Below, in pieces: positions 1 to 12,349 of a DNA stretch of 64,000 nt; the first letter of the stretch is position 1, and every line of letters begins with the position of its first letter. Below the pieces are notes generated by a model that worked only from the letters and a program-made list of their open reading frames with translations, was not told where the DNA came from and ran no database searches. The stretch is from Anthoceros angustus. Its lineage: Eukaryota > Plantae > Anthocerotophyta. A program made the translations under genes and the position numbers. Where the stretch lies: positions 186,001-250,000 of the forward strand of contig MU008197.1 of NCBI GenBank assembly GCA_010909165.1, in the 5' to 3' direction.

Positions 1-351
1 CAGGACAGGCGGCAGGCAGGCCACCTGATCGAAGCTGACTCCCATGAGCCTCACACACCGCGTACTGTACAAATTGTACATACACTGTATGTACATACTT
101 CCGGCGTACACTGTTTGTACCGCTCCACAGACTTGGGTCCAGCGCACTCCAGCTGCGGGTTAAGGGAAGCCAGACGTGGTGCCGTGCGTTATCTGTTCCG
201 TTCTGTTGAGAGGCAGGGGGCCGTTGCACCGTCGCCCTCGCACCCGAGGATCCCAGGATTCCGTCACGTCGCGTTTACTGCCGAGAACCAAGCTGTTGGC
301 TTGCGGAAACGAACGTGATTGGGGGTTCCGGGATGTATGGGGAGACTAGCT

Positions 352-400
352 TGTATGTATGTATGTATGTATGTATGTATGTGTGTATGTATGTATGTGT
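352..400. repeat. (TATG)n/(TG)n microsatellite
   Basis: Run tgtatgtatgtatgtatgtatgtatgtatgtgtgtatgtatgtatgtgtg seen directly. Confidence 0.9.
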
Positions 401-605
401 GTGTACGTGTGTACGTACGTACCCAAGCATGCGCGCATGACCATGTCCCGTGAGACCATGGCACCACGGGAGGCTTCCGGAACCCGGTACCCGGTAGCCG
501 GAAGCCCACACTCATTACATACATGCTTCCATTTTCTGCGCGCCTTCTGGCCTAATTATCCTACCTACACCAGGGAGCCTACTCTACTTCCGACACAGAC
601 AGAGA

Positions 606-2126
606 TCAGCGGCTGTAGTCCTTCAGGTCGTTCACTCTCTCCACAATGGCAGTGTCCACCAGGCATTCCTCGGCGCTGAGGGGAGGCAGGTCTTTCAACT
701 TCCGCTGGAGGTTGTGTTTGTGCCACTCCGATTTGAAATGCTCCCGATACTCTTTCGTGTCTCCTACATCTGCGTCGCAGATTTTGCACCTCTGTTGCTT
801 CCCCACTTGGACAGCTTTGGAGCTTCTCGTTGTAGAGGAGGAGGTGGTGGTGGTAGCGGTGGTGGCACTGGTGTCCCTGGCACCAGGTTTGCTGGACCCT
901 GTGATTGCTTCCAGTTCCTCACGATTCAGTGTAGGTCCCTCTGATAGGGACAGAGATGTCAGTGCTCGCCTGTCGGCCTCCTCATCACCATAATCATCCA
1001 ATCTTGCATCTCCCTCCTTCTGCACTGCCACAGACATGACATCTAACCGCCCCTTGAGCTCCGTTGTCAGTGCATCCAATTCACGAAACCTGCCAGGCTC
1101 CAACTCGCAAACCTGATAGTCCAAAGGGTGTTATCCCACAGAGTGCAGGCACATGGCATGCCATTCAGACAGATGCTGCATCGACAGTGGTTTCATCATA
1201 CCAGGACGAGGGACGTTGCTACTTCCGTGGACTCGATGTGAGCATCCCAAGCACTCAACCTTTCCTCCAACCTTTGCCGTTCGTGCAGAGGAACAACCAG
1301 CCGCAGCTTCATCCGTGCCCTAGTGATGGAAAACTTCTTCTGTAACACGGGAATGAGCTCCAATGCCTGAACATCCACATCATCCAGTCATTCAGTCATT
1401 CGTCACTTCCAACTCCTCCACAACCTAAAATGAAAATGCTCTCACCTGCTGCTTTGAGCTTCTGTGTGGATCAACTGCAAAGTGGACATCCTTCATCAAA
1501 CGTTCTACCATACTGATAGTGTATGGCCGCTGTGTCTCTGGGTTCACTGTTTTCTCCATCACAATCATTGCAATGTCCCGAAACTGGTTAGTGAATTTCG
1601 ATTCTCGCTCTTTATCAGCAACCTGGACGTCGCCCGTGTTCAGAATCTGCACCAAACATCCAAGTGTCAGAACACAAACCCCAGGTTGATCACGCAGCCC
1701 GATGACATGCTGCTCAACTAGTTAGTTTAGGTCACAGCAGATTGCACTAGAATCCAAACAACCACCTCTACCTCCAAGCAAAGTTGGTTTTCATCGCTTG
1801 TCCCAAACGCTTTGAGCAGGTCCACCGAATTGGCTAGCACTCCCTTGGAAACGTTGGCAAACACCGTCTTGGTTTGCAGCACCTCGTCAATGTCCTTTTC
1901 CCTGCGAATTTCACAACACAATCAAATGCTGCTCAGAAGCCGCAGCCGGATGTCAGTCACGCACTCAACACACTTCAACGCGACATGCTTACACTCCAGA
2001 TCGCCATGACAGCACTTTGTTCTTGTAACACGCGACCTCAAAACGCTTTCCACCCTTCTTGAGCCGCACCACGGCGACGTTGGTAAGGCGCTTCTGCCCC
2101 ACCGGCTGCTTCACATTTCGCGACAT
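606..2126 (-). CDS. SBDS: Ribosome maturation factor SBDS/Sdo1 with plant-type C-terminal C2H2 zinc finger (multi-exon)
   Basis: ATG at 2126 gives [44 protein letters not shown]. Later exons read [42 protein letters not shown] and RARMKLRL. Last exon has [14 protein letters not shown]; stop at 606. Confidence 0.96.
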
Positions 2127-2729
2127 CTCCTGCTAGTGCAAGGTCGAGCAATCACTTGTAGAGTGACAATTTGACAGATACGGAGGCTTGATAACACATT
2201 CTTGACTTTTGTTTAATATATAGGCTCCAATCCGGTTCCCACACCGTAAGAGTTAACCCGGAAAGTGCCAAAGTGGGACTATCCATCGTCAAAACGCGGC
2301 TCCCTGTAGTCTCCAGTCGTTTAGGGGTTAACCTACACCGAGGGCCAAGGAAGGGAAACGGGAGGGATGGGGAGAGGAATCGGATGGGCTCAAGCAGGAA
2401 CTCCGGTCAAAATTTTCAGGTCAATTGTTCAGTTTCAAGAGAGTCCTCAAGCACAGTCTCTACCGGAATGGGGAAATGAGAGACCGTAGGTTGTGACTTG
2501 AAAGGTCGGTCTGATGGAAACCCTAATTAAGATGAATAAGTGTGTCCAGTTCATGGGCGCAGGCTAGCAACTCGAGGGTGGCGGAATCGGTGTCTCTGGG
2601 GGTGATCTGACTTTTTCTCGAAAATCACAGTCCCCCACGTTTGGGGCTGTGGTCACGTTTGCGTGAAGGTAGCTTCATCAGTTGATGTCTTCACCGATCC
2701 CTACGTGCAGGAACATTGAGAACAGGGTA

Positions 2730-4529
2730 TTAGGACAGGCTTTGACACTGTTCGCACGATATAGCGAATGAGGATGAGCAGCTCACGTTCTCGAGAAGTG
2801 GTGCAGTGAGATCACGTGCTTTCTCTGCCCTTTCCAGGTCTGCGATGGAAGCCATTACTGCCAGTGCCTTGAGCCGGATGGCCTCTGACCTGCCCCAGGT
2901 GACCAGGTATAGGCCGGTGATAGTGATAACGGCTCCAATGACACTGCAAATGATTCAAACAATTTGACACAAGCAAATAGAAATCAATCAAACAGGAAGG
3001 AAGGAAAGCCGTGTTAAAAGAGGAGGACTGGGGGAAATCTGGTGAGCAAGTTGCTGGCGCACAAACCTGCCCAGGTAAAGTGTGTCGCCCAAAAGGATGA
3101 CAGCCATGATCAGCCCCATAAGCGATTGCATGGGGATGTAAACTGATGTCAGGAGTGGCCCGCCTGTTTTGACACACCAGGCCTGTAAACTGTAACAGAA
3201 GCAGGATGCTACCAAGGCCTGAAAAGGAGGAGGAGGAGATTGTTAGAATAGCGCGAATGAGAAGAGGAAATCAAGGTCGACAAGCTGTAGCATAGGAACG
3301 ATGAGCATGGAAAAGTACCGAGTAGGCAATCCCTATAAGACCGGACCCCCATTCGAGGCTCCAGTCCGAGATGTCTCTCTCGAACAGCACTGCTGCAATT
3401 CCAAATTGCAATGCACCAAAAAAATAGGTGAAAGTCATGATCGTTATCGGTGCTGGATATTCTTTCTGAACTGGAGCCTGCAGTAACGTCCAAATGTTAG
3501 GCATGTCCATAAGGTCCATAAATTTCAATCTTACTCTCAAGAACTGCAGGTGTATTGCATCACTGAGAAACTGTATCAAGGGCCGCTAACCTGGAGTGTG
3601 AGGTAGAAAGACCAAGTCAAAGAGGTGAGAACCAGTAGTATGGCACCCAGCTGCCAGTTACTCAATCCATAACCTGACTGTAAAGTTACCCATTGATCCA
3701 TTGGAGTCCCAGTCAACATGAGAAAGAATTGCCCATTGAGATCTACCGGGCTAGGATTGTTCCAGAGCCATGGCCCCTTGTACAAAGACATTATGAGGGC
3801 ACCTATCATGCACAGCGTTGTTCCTACAACTTTGGCTTTCCCATCACGTCTCTTGATGTGCACCTCCTCCACACTGCAGCATGGCAGCCAGAAGCTGTGA
3901 GACAGCAAGCAACACCGGGCAAAATCTGATGGAAGTGGGGTTACAGTGCCATAAATGCTAACCCCAAGGACGCGGCCACGATGAAAGTGGCAACAGGGAT
4001 AGTATTTTGAAAAGCTGCCCCGAACGCAGAAGATGAGAGGCCCACTGCCACAAGAAAGAAGGATTGTGTGCCGGTAATTCTGCAGCAAAAGCAAAGGAAG
4101 ATTAAACACCGCACTTGCAACAACCATTGGCAAGCAATGCAGTTTCAGTGAGTGAAGGAATGCACAACCAAGAGAGACGTGCTCACCCTAGGAATCCCAA
4201 GAGACAGAAGATGGCCAGCAGTCTGAGAGTTAGAGGGGGTCGAGTTTTTCTGCACCACACACAAAAATGAGTATGCCTTAGAACGAGGCAGAGGCGTGTG
4301 AAACTGAAACAAACTGTGAAAACGAGTGTGCAGAGGAGATCCACCTCTCCAACACCAGTGCGAATGGAATGAGCACCGCCAAGGCAATCACGCTTCGATA
4401 GAAGGAGAAGATGAGGAAATTGAGGCCAGTGTTGAGGGCCACCCGGGATATGATCTGGTACCCGGCGAACAAGGTCTGCAACAGGATCAGAGCCAAATGC
4501 ACCTGCGTTCGCTCCCATAGCCGCGCCAT
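2730..4529 (-). CDS. WAT1-related / UMAMIT (nodulin MtN21, EamA) transporter (multi-exon)
   Basis: Exons read MARLWERTQVHLALILLQTLFAGYQIISRVALNTG, AAFQNTIPVATF, KAKVVGTTLCMIGALIMSLYKGP, QAWCVKTGGPLLTSVYIP and VIGAVITITGLYLVTWG. TAA at 2730-2732. Confidence 0.93.
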
Positions 4530-5344
4530 CTTCACCTGCTTTGACTAATACTAGAATTACAGAGCAAGCTGCACCGCAGACACTCGAGGCTGGCTGGCCT
4601 CCAGGTCCTACGATTTCAAGCTTTTTTCCATGCCTGACAAGAGGGAGAGATGGAACCAATGATTGACCGCTGGATTCAAAGCTGGAGACAGACGAAGATC
4701 CGGCAGTCAAGACTGTTCTGAATCTTTGGCCGAGGAAGTTGAAGAAAGCAGGAGCAGAATTGCTTCATCCAATTCCAGCTTTTCAATCGGAAAGAGTGGA
4801 TGCACAAATGCCTGCGTCGTCCCCAGGACGCGCTTGGGAGCGCAGCTCCGAAGAGCCGAGCAGTCCACGCGACGCCGAAACTGCGGCAAGACACTAATAT
4901 TATTGGCACGCATGTTGCAAAATAGCACCAGAGGAATGATTGAAGAGTGAAGAAAGAAGGGACTTTCAATTATTGGCCGACTGCTTCCGCCGCGAGCGGA
5001 AGAAAGGGCATCTAAGGAACGGTTGTGAATAAAGGTTACTCTGAAGGCACTGGAGTCACACAGAACGTGACCAGCGAAAAATACTCCGGAGCAGAAGTCT
5101 TAAAGACACGAGGGTGCCAAACACTTGGCACAAGCTTGTGGCCCTCGCCAGTCGACTCTCACACTCCGGTTTGTAAGCTACCTGACCCATGGGAAGAAGA
5201 CGATGAAGACCTCAAACATAAGAGTGCCAGGTTGATGGTCCTGGCGCTCGTTCTCGAGCTCCATCTGCTGCAAGCCATGGGCTTACCCGGCTCCCTTGAG
5301 GGAGCCATGAGCTCGAGAACAATAAATAACCGCGTTCGCCTCCC

Positions 5345-7371
5345 CTACCTACCGCCCCTGCCTCCCTTGGCACCACCTCTGGGGGCACCAGGTGATGGAG
5401 GGGGAATTAGTGTACCATGAATCAGCCAAGTGTCAAAAAACATCTGGACGATGAACGGTCCAGTCATTTCACCCGCTGCAAGTCCTGTACAAGAGGACAA
5501 GGTCCCCGTTAGTAAGTCACGAGGATTGCAAATCCATGCAACAAGAAAATGGGTGCACCAACTTGCAGCCAAAAAAATAAAAAGCCGGAACACACCATTT
5601 CTCCATTTGTACTATTGTTAGAGACAAGCTTACACACATAACAGACATTCTCCTGAGGAGTAACGGGAACGGAAGAGCAAGGCACGTACCAATCCAAGTG
5701 CCCGTCTTCGGTCTTATCAAGACTGTTCCAAGGCCGGCACCAATTGATGCAAAAATGAGGGAAGCGCCGGCTCTGAGAGTGTTTCCGGCTGTTCGCAATG
5801 CTAACTTCTTCAAGTCCTCAGATTCAAACTGCAAGAACCTTTTGTTTCCTTCCTTTCTCCGTTCATAAGCACTTTGCAGAAAAGAGGCGACATCCAGAGC
5901 CAGCTGTACAATCCAGTTTGCTACCACGCCCAATACTTGAGCTGTCGTAAGAAACGCACAAAACAGTTAGTTTGCTCCAACAGTAAACGAGCGACACAAA
6001 TCAAGACCCTCCACAGTAGCTCCTGGTTGGTGTTACAACTTGCATACAGTTCCGGAGCTGCTATCTACGATCAAACAGAATTTATCACTGAAAAACACAG
6101 GGCCAGAGTAAGCAGGCCACATACCTCGGAAACCGGTCTTTTTCACACTTAAAAAGAGCTGCCACCGAGAAAGATTTCGGTGGGCTTTGCGGGCAGCAGA
6201 TTTAGGCACGTCTGGACAGCAGACACAGAATGCATGTCAGTAAAACGTGAGCAAAACGGCTCTCCTTGAAAATAGTCAAGTTCACTGCCAACATACCCTT
6301 CAACAATTTCCAAGCCGTGCGGGGTGAGACATGGCGAACAACAATCCTTTCCAGTACCCTTCGGGTGGTTATCACTGCCACCTACAAAAAGGGCAAGTCA
6401 TACGTGGTAAGAAACTTATACACGACCTAGCCGACAGTGTGTTTAAGATATGTCACCACAGGATCTGCTTAACAATCAGAAACCAGGTGAGAACAACAGT
6501 TTAGGGTAAGCATGGATCACAGACTTCTCTGGTAATGTGCTTCGCAGATTGCCGCAATGCAACGCTGGGATCCGGAGGAAGCTTGGAAGGGTGTTCAGCT
6601 TCTTCATCCAAGTCATCTTCGTCTGGCTGAATGTAAGCCTCGAGCAGGGGAATGAAGTTCACAATCAGAGCTCGCAGGGATGTAGCGACCAAAGCCTTCA
6701 CCCGAAAAGCAGAAAAAAGGGGCTTCAACTCGATGTCATACGTCTTTGGATAGAGCTTAGGATCCCAACTCCACCTTGGATTCCAAGCATCAGGATCCGC
6801 AGCCTTGTCACATAGAGCCACCGTGGTACCAGTCCATTCACTGCAATCAATTCCATCCCACATACAGATCATCAACTCAGCTCAGGGACAGACCAATTTG
6901 ACAAAATCCTAAGTCAGCTAAAACCAGAGATTCTTATTGAAGGACGTCTGCTAAAGATTCTTCAGTCATCGATCCAAACCTAACTCACCTCCCACAAAGC
7001 ACGGGCCCTTCTTCACGGGCTAAATGCAAACAACAGCACAGCACAGCACGGCACAGGTGCACCAAACCAAACCGAACCAAACAGGAGGCCAACCCCTAGC
7101 TCTGGACGAAGGATGGAATAAAATACCTGGACTCCACCAATTCTCCCGGGGAAGGCCGTGATGGCAGAAACGCGACAGTGGCCGCGGCAGCCGCAGCAGC
7201 TGAGGCTGCGTTCAAAGACCAAAAGGAGTGCACAAAGTGGGACGAAATCGCGGGAGACCTGCCGAACACCTCCAATGCTATTCCTGACCCTGCTCCAGGT
7301 GACATGCAATTTACCCTCGGCACCAGCTCCAGCACTGACGCTAAACCCTTCCCTGAAGAGAAGCCGGCCAT
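5345..7371 (-). CDS. Conserved plant protein of unknown function with C-terminal hydrophobic helices (multi-exon; start uncertain)
   Basis: Spliceable exons: YDIELKPLFSAF..FIPLLE, TTRRVLERIVVRHVSPRTAWKLLK, DVPKSAARKAHR, GVVANWIVQ..RAGASLIFASIGAGLGTVLIRPKTGTWIG and GEMTGPFIV. GT-AG borders are present. Confidence 0.8.
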
Positions 7372-7820
7372 GGCCGCTGGCTGCAGTCCCCGCCACGAAA
7401 TATCCGAAATTTCACATGAACGCCATCAGATCTGGGCGACCACCATGGCACCCGCAGCTGTGCACCTTCCCTGCCAGCCTCTCTTAGATCCCACCGCCAA
7501 GCCACAGCCTGCCTGGCGCCAAGGCCATCATCGCCAACGCCCCCGTCCTTCCAAATTCCTGGACCACTCCAAAGAAAGTCACCAAGAGGCTCGGTACAGC
7601 CCGGTCCGAGCCTGCCTGAGTCGGCGGGAAATCCGTAACCGCCGCGTTTCACTCGAAGGTTAGGTTAGACGAGGAACACCGCCTTCTTCCCGTCTCTACC
7701 GAAACGTGTCCTGAATTCGGGGTAGTGTGGGTTAACTATAGTTTATCAAGTTCCTTGGGCAGGAAGGGAGCCCTATACTATACTGGGCGCAAGGAATCGT
7801 GATCCACAGCGGCATCTATC

Positions 7821-10800
7821 ATGAGCAATTTGGCTACTTCCATGGCTATCTCCAATTTGCCTGGCCGGACCCTGCCTTCTCAAGCAGCAGGAGCTTCAAG
7901 CTCGTTTACATGCTCTGAATTTATTCCCGGCTCGTGGATCTGTGATCGGAGGAGGTTCAGGTGTAAGGGCGAAGGTTTTCCTTTACGGGTGCATGCTAGC
8001 ACAGAGGAAGATGGAGGTGGGATTTGAATCTGAAATGTGCGTGAGATAAACGCAAGTGATGGATTCTTCGGTCACGATTTTTTGTTGTTGTTGTTCTGTT
8101 GGCAGAGGTGACGGTGCTGGATTATGGAGCTGGGAATGTGAGGAGTTTGAGAAATGCCATTCACCTCCTGGGTTACAAGATTCGAGATGTATGTCACGCA
8201 ACATGAATTGTCAGGGAGCTATGCAGCATGTGTGAATGACTGGTTATTTTGGACGACATGTGATTTTTCTTTTAACTTCCGAGTAACTTTTCTTCGCTTG
8301 TATGGAGCAGGTACAAAAACCTGCCGACATCAATGCTGCCAAACGGCTGATTTTTCCTGGTGTTGGAGCTTTTGCTAGTGCTATGGAGTTTCTGAATAAG
8401 GATGGGTGTGTATGATAGCTGAAAGAGATGGAAGACTGCTTCTCGTGTACCTGACAGTGCAACTGATAATAGTTGTTCTCTGAAGAGGTTGTTGGTGGTG
8501 GCGGCGTCTAATGGTCCTGTGTGCTGGTTGGCAGGATGGCAGATGCTCTGCGAGACTACATAAGAGAGGATCGGCCTTTTTTTGGAATCTGTCTTGGCTT
8601 ACAAGTCCTGTTTCAATCCAGTGATGAAAAGGAATTCGGTATGGCATCCTCTCCCACTCAGAGTGGTTTGTTAAGGAGGCTGTGTTTGTCTACAAATTGC
8701 TCTTGCTTTCTCAGCCAGTGATTACGGACTCCTTGTTGTCACTGCAGTTGAGGGTCTTGGCCTCATACCAGGGAAGGTCAGTTGCTTTGATGCGTCCAAG
8801 GGCCTCCGGGTGCCGCACATTGGCTGGAATGGTCTTCAACTGAAACAGACCTCTGATCTGTTGGAAAGTGTCAAAGGTCATCATGTGTACTTTGTTCACT
8901 CCTACCGCGCCGTGCCTGTATGCTCTTAAAACTGGCAGGTCGATTTGGTCGTGGAGGCACAATCTGTGTATGTTATTTGTACCCATGGCACTGAAGCATT
9001 GATCAACTGATACCCTTTCTCTGGAATTTTATAGTCTGAAGAAAACAAGGATTGGGTGCTTGCAACTTCTGATTATGGAGGGGAGTTCATTGCTGCAGTG
9101 AAGAATGGAAACGTCCATGCTGTACAGTTTCACCCGGAGAAGAGTGGTGGTCAGTATGTATCTTCAGATATGGCAAGAGAGCTTGGTTTTTCGGTCTTTC
9201 ATCGAACTGATCGTAACTGCCTCTTGCTGATTTCACCACTTTGTCCCTAACTCCAACTGGGAGAATTGCCTGACATGCTGCACATGCAGTTGTAGGTCTT
9301 GACATCTTGCGAAGGTTTCTTGGAGGGCCCCTTTCAGAGTCTGCAGAGGTCAGTGGGTTATTTTTGCTGTTGTCTTACTGAATTGCATATTACCTGTCCA
9401 TTTCTGGCTGTAGCTAGGGATCATACTGATCGACCCTGCCCTGTCTCTGGCTGCAGGAGGTGTCTCGTATAGCAAAGCAGCCATCCCTGAAGTCCGCTTC
9501 CTCCTTGGCAAAGCGGGTCAGTGGGTCTGCAAGTGATCATGGCCCTTTGTTGAGCCTCTGTGTCGATCCCAAGTGGAGCTTGTTTTATAAGAAATATTCA
9601 AGGCCAAGCTGGCTGTGATGCAGGTCATTGCTTGCTTGGATGTAAGGTCAAATGACGCTGGGGACCTTGTCGTTACTAAAGGAGATCAGTATGATGTGCG
9701 GGAGCAGTCAGGACATAATGAGGTGACGTTTTCCAATATCAGTTTCAGCACATGAGACAACCAACGGTGAACTCCAACCTGAGATTGTCTCTTAATGGCA
9801 GGAAGGGTTATAATAAGTCTTCCACTTGCAGGTTCGCAATCTGGGAAAACCTGTAGAGCTTGCAGGACGATACTTCCAGGATGGAGCCGATGAAGTAAGT
9901 TTATATGCATAATTGTTCACCAAGTATCTTTGTCAGTCTACTCGTCATCCATCTTTGATATTCTGCACCTTTACGGTGTGCAGGTTACCTTTTTGAATAT
10001 CACAGGTTTTCGAGATTTTCCTCTTGGTGACATGCCTATGTTGGAGGTAAAGTTGGCTCAAAAGCTGTGTGTTTATGTGACAATCGCATATGCAAACAAT
10101 CTCTGACAATGCTGTCATCCTGCAGGTGCTTCGACGCGCTTCTGAGAATGTCTTTGTCCCACTTACTGTTGGTGGAGGTATCCGTGATTTCACCGACAAA
10201 GAGGGCAGGTGATGGGAATTGGAGTACGGTTGAGTTATTGCTTGCAAGTCCTACGTGCTTCCGAAGGTCTTACGTGCGCATGATTTTGTAATGGTTTCAC
10301 AGGTACTACTCTAGTCTGGAGGTGGCGGCTGAGTATTTTAGGTCAGGCGCTGACAAGATTTCTATCGGCAGCGATGCAGTTTATGCTGCTGAAGAATTTC
10401 TCAAGACAGGGGTAGGTGAACGTCCTTGCATTCTTGTCTTTGGTATCAAATGTTTTTTCTATCTTTCTGACATTCCCAACCTCTTGATGGCAGACAAAAA
10501 CTGGCAGAAGTAGCTTGGAACAGATCTCCTATGTGTATGGGAACCAGGTAAATCTTGGGCGCTGGAGATCTCCTGCTTTTCAGTCCTGCCTTCCCTGTGT
10601 GATTGTTGTTGATCGGGATGCCACAGGCCGTGGTGGTCAGCATAGATCCTCGAAGGGTTTACGTCAAAGATCCAGCTGACATTCCCTTCAAGACCATTCG
10701 AGTCAATGTCCCAGGTAAGTTCATGGCTCCTGTTTGCGCCCAATGCCATGCAGGGTCTGCAGCTACAGGGAGGTTGCTAAGAGGTGCTGTCCTGCTGCAG

Positions 10801-11423
10801 GACCAAACGGCGAGCAGTATGCCTGGTACCAGTGCACGGTGTGAACTCTTCCCCATTCACCCAGCACCACTGAAACCGCTCCCGCTCCCCTTCCAAACCA
10901 TATCTTGACAAGCAGTACTGCCACAGGTGAATGGCGGCAGAGAGGGCCGACCAATCGGCGCCTACGAGCTAGCAAAGGCGGTGGAGCAGCTCGGAGCTGG
11001 TGAAATCTTGCTGAACTGCATCGACTGTGATGGTAAGTCTCCAGGCACCATTTCAGCAACCACCTTTGGATGCACCAATAACCGAGTCACTTCCCCGCAT
11101 CCCATCCGCTGCAGGACAAGGACAAGGCTTCGACACAGAGCTCGTCAAACTGGTATCGGATGCCGTGACAATTCCAGTCATAGCTAGCTCCGGTGCCGGA
11201 TCCCCTGAGCACTTCTCCGAGGTCTTCCACAGAACCGCAGCATCAGCCGCCCTTGCCGCAGGGATCTTCCACAGAAAAGAGGTGAAGGCGCTTTGCCCGG
11301 AAACACCAGCCCACACCTGTTAAGTTTCCAGCCGACTAACACTGCGGATTCCTTGTCGAGCAGATAACCATCTCGGAGGTGAAGGAGCATCTGGTGCAGG
11401 TAGGCGTGGAGACGCGGCTTTTG
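7821..11423 (+). CDS. HISN4: Imidazole glycerol phosphate synthase HisHF, chloroplastic (multi-exon)
   Basis: Transit-like N-terminus, then [92 protein letters not shown] and [14 protein letters not shown] at 11421-11423. Confidence 0.97.
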
Positions 11424-12090
11424 AAAACCGCCTAGTCGAACGAAGTTGAAAATATCTTGTGTTTTCCTTCCGATACCATATCGGTTGGTCACACCTAAAA
11501 AGTATATACACATGTACTTAGGTTGTTTGTATGGACAGTATGGACACCATGGTAAGGGCCTTTCACAACGAAGACAAAATTGGAGTATGCAGTCTATCGT
11601 CGGGTGCGAAAAGGTAGAACATGATTATTTTTATCATTCTTTCACTATCATCTATTGATCGGTAAACTAAACTTTCACGCTCCGTTTACAGCGCCGTTTC
11701 GCGTTTGTCAGTGCGGGAATGTAAATGTTTTGGGACGAGTTAGTCCCATCACAACACGCGTGATGGGTTTTCAACACCGTTCGATATCGAGATGCGGGCG
11801 ATTCGTCGCAAACTTATCGGTGCACTATGGGTTATTAACTTATCGGTGCCTTATGGTCGCGACACCGAAATCTGGGCGACTCGTCGCAAACTTATCGCGG
11901 CCATCCTAATTGACGAACAGCGCCTTTCGCCTTCCGTGATCCTTATTGTCGTTCCTTGTTGAGGTTAGTGTATAAATATTTATCAAAATTATTATATACT
12001 ACTTATTAAAATTAAAATAAAATAAAATGTATTTTATATATATTATTTAAAATAAAATTATTGCAGAAACATTTCCTCCACGACGGTGAA

Positions 12091-12135
12091 GGCGCCTATG
12101 GCATACCAAAGGGACAGAGGGATGGGACATTTTTT
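12091..12135 (+). repeat. Left TSD (GGCGCC, 12091-12096) and left TIR (from 12097)
   Basis: First 15 nt (TATGGCATACCAAAG) are identical to the reverse complement of 33446-33460; the match continues imperfectly to about 35 nt. Confidence 0.9.
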
Positions 12136-12349
12136 TTTTGAAAACCCATGCAAGGCGTGGGGATCTTGAGAATATACCCTACATTCCAGTACGGTTTCTT
12201 TTTCACAGCACATGCACATGGCGCTTTGGCGCCCTAACCAAGAGCGGCCAAGCACCAAAGGGACACACACAATGTCCTCCAAGCGGAAAATTTTGGTGCT
12301 TTCACCTTTGAAAACAAAGACGGGACACTATGTTTTCAAATGTTTCCAC

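Noticed and set aside
264-679. HTYI/MYVC-repeat ORFs
   Set aside because: Microsatellite translation; partly antisense to the SBDS 3' end.
11795-11900. Duplicated motif gggcga.tcgtcgcaaacttatcg
   Set aside because: Only two short copies with no termini or coding context; not enough to call a feature.
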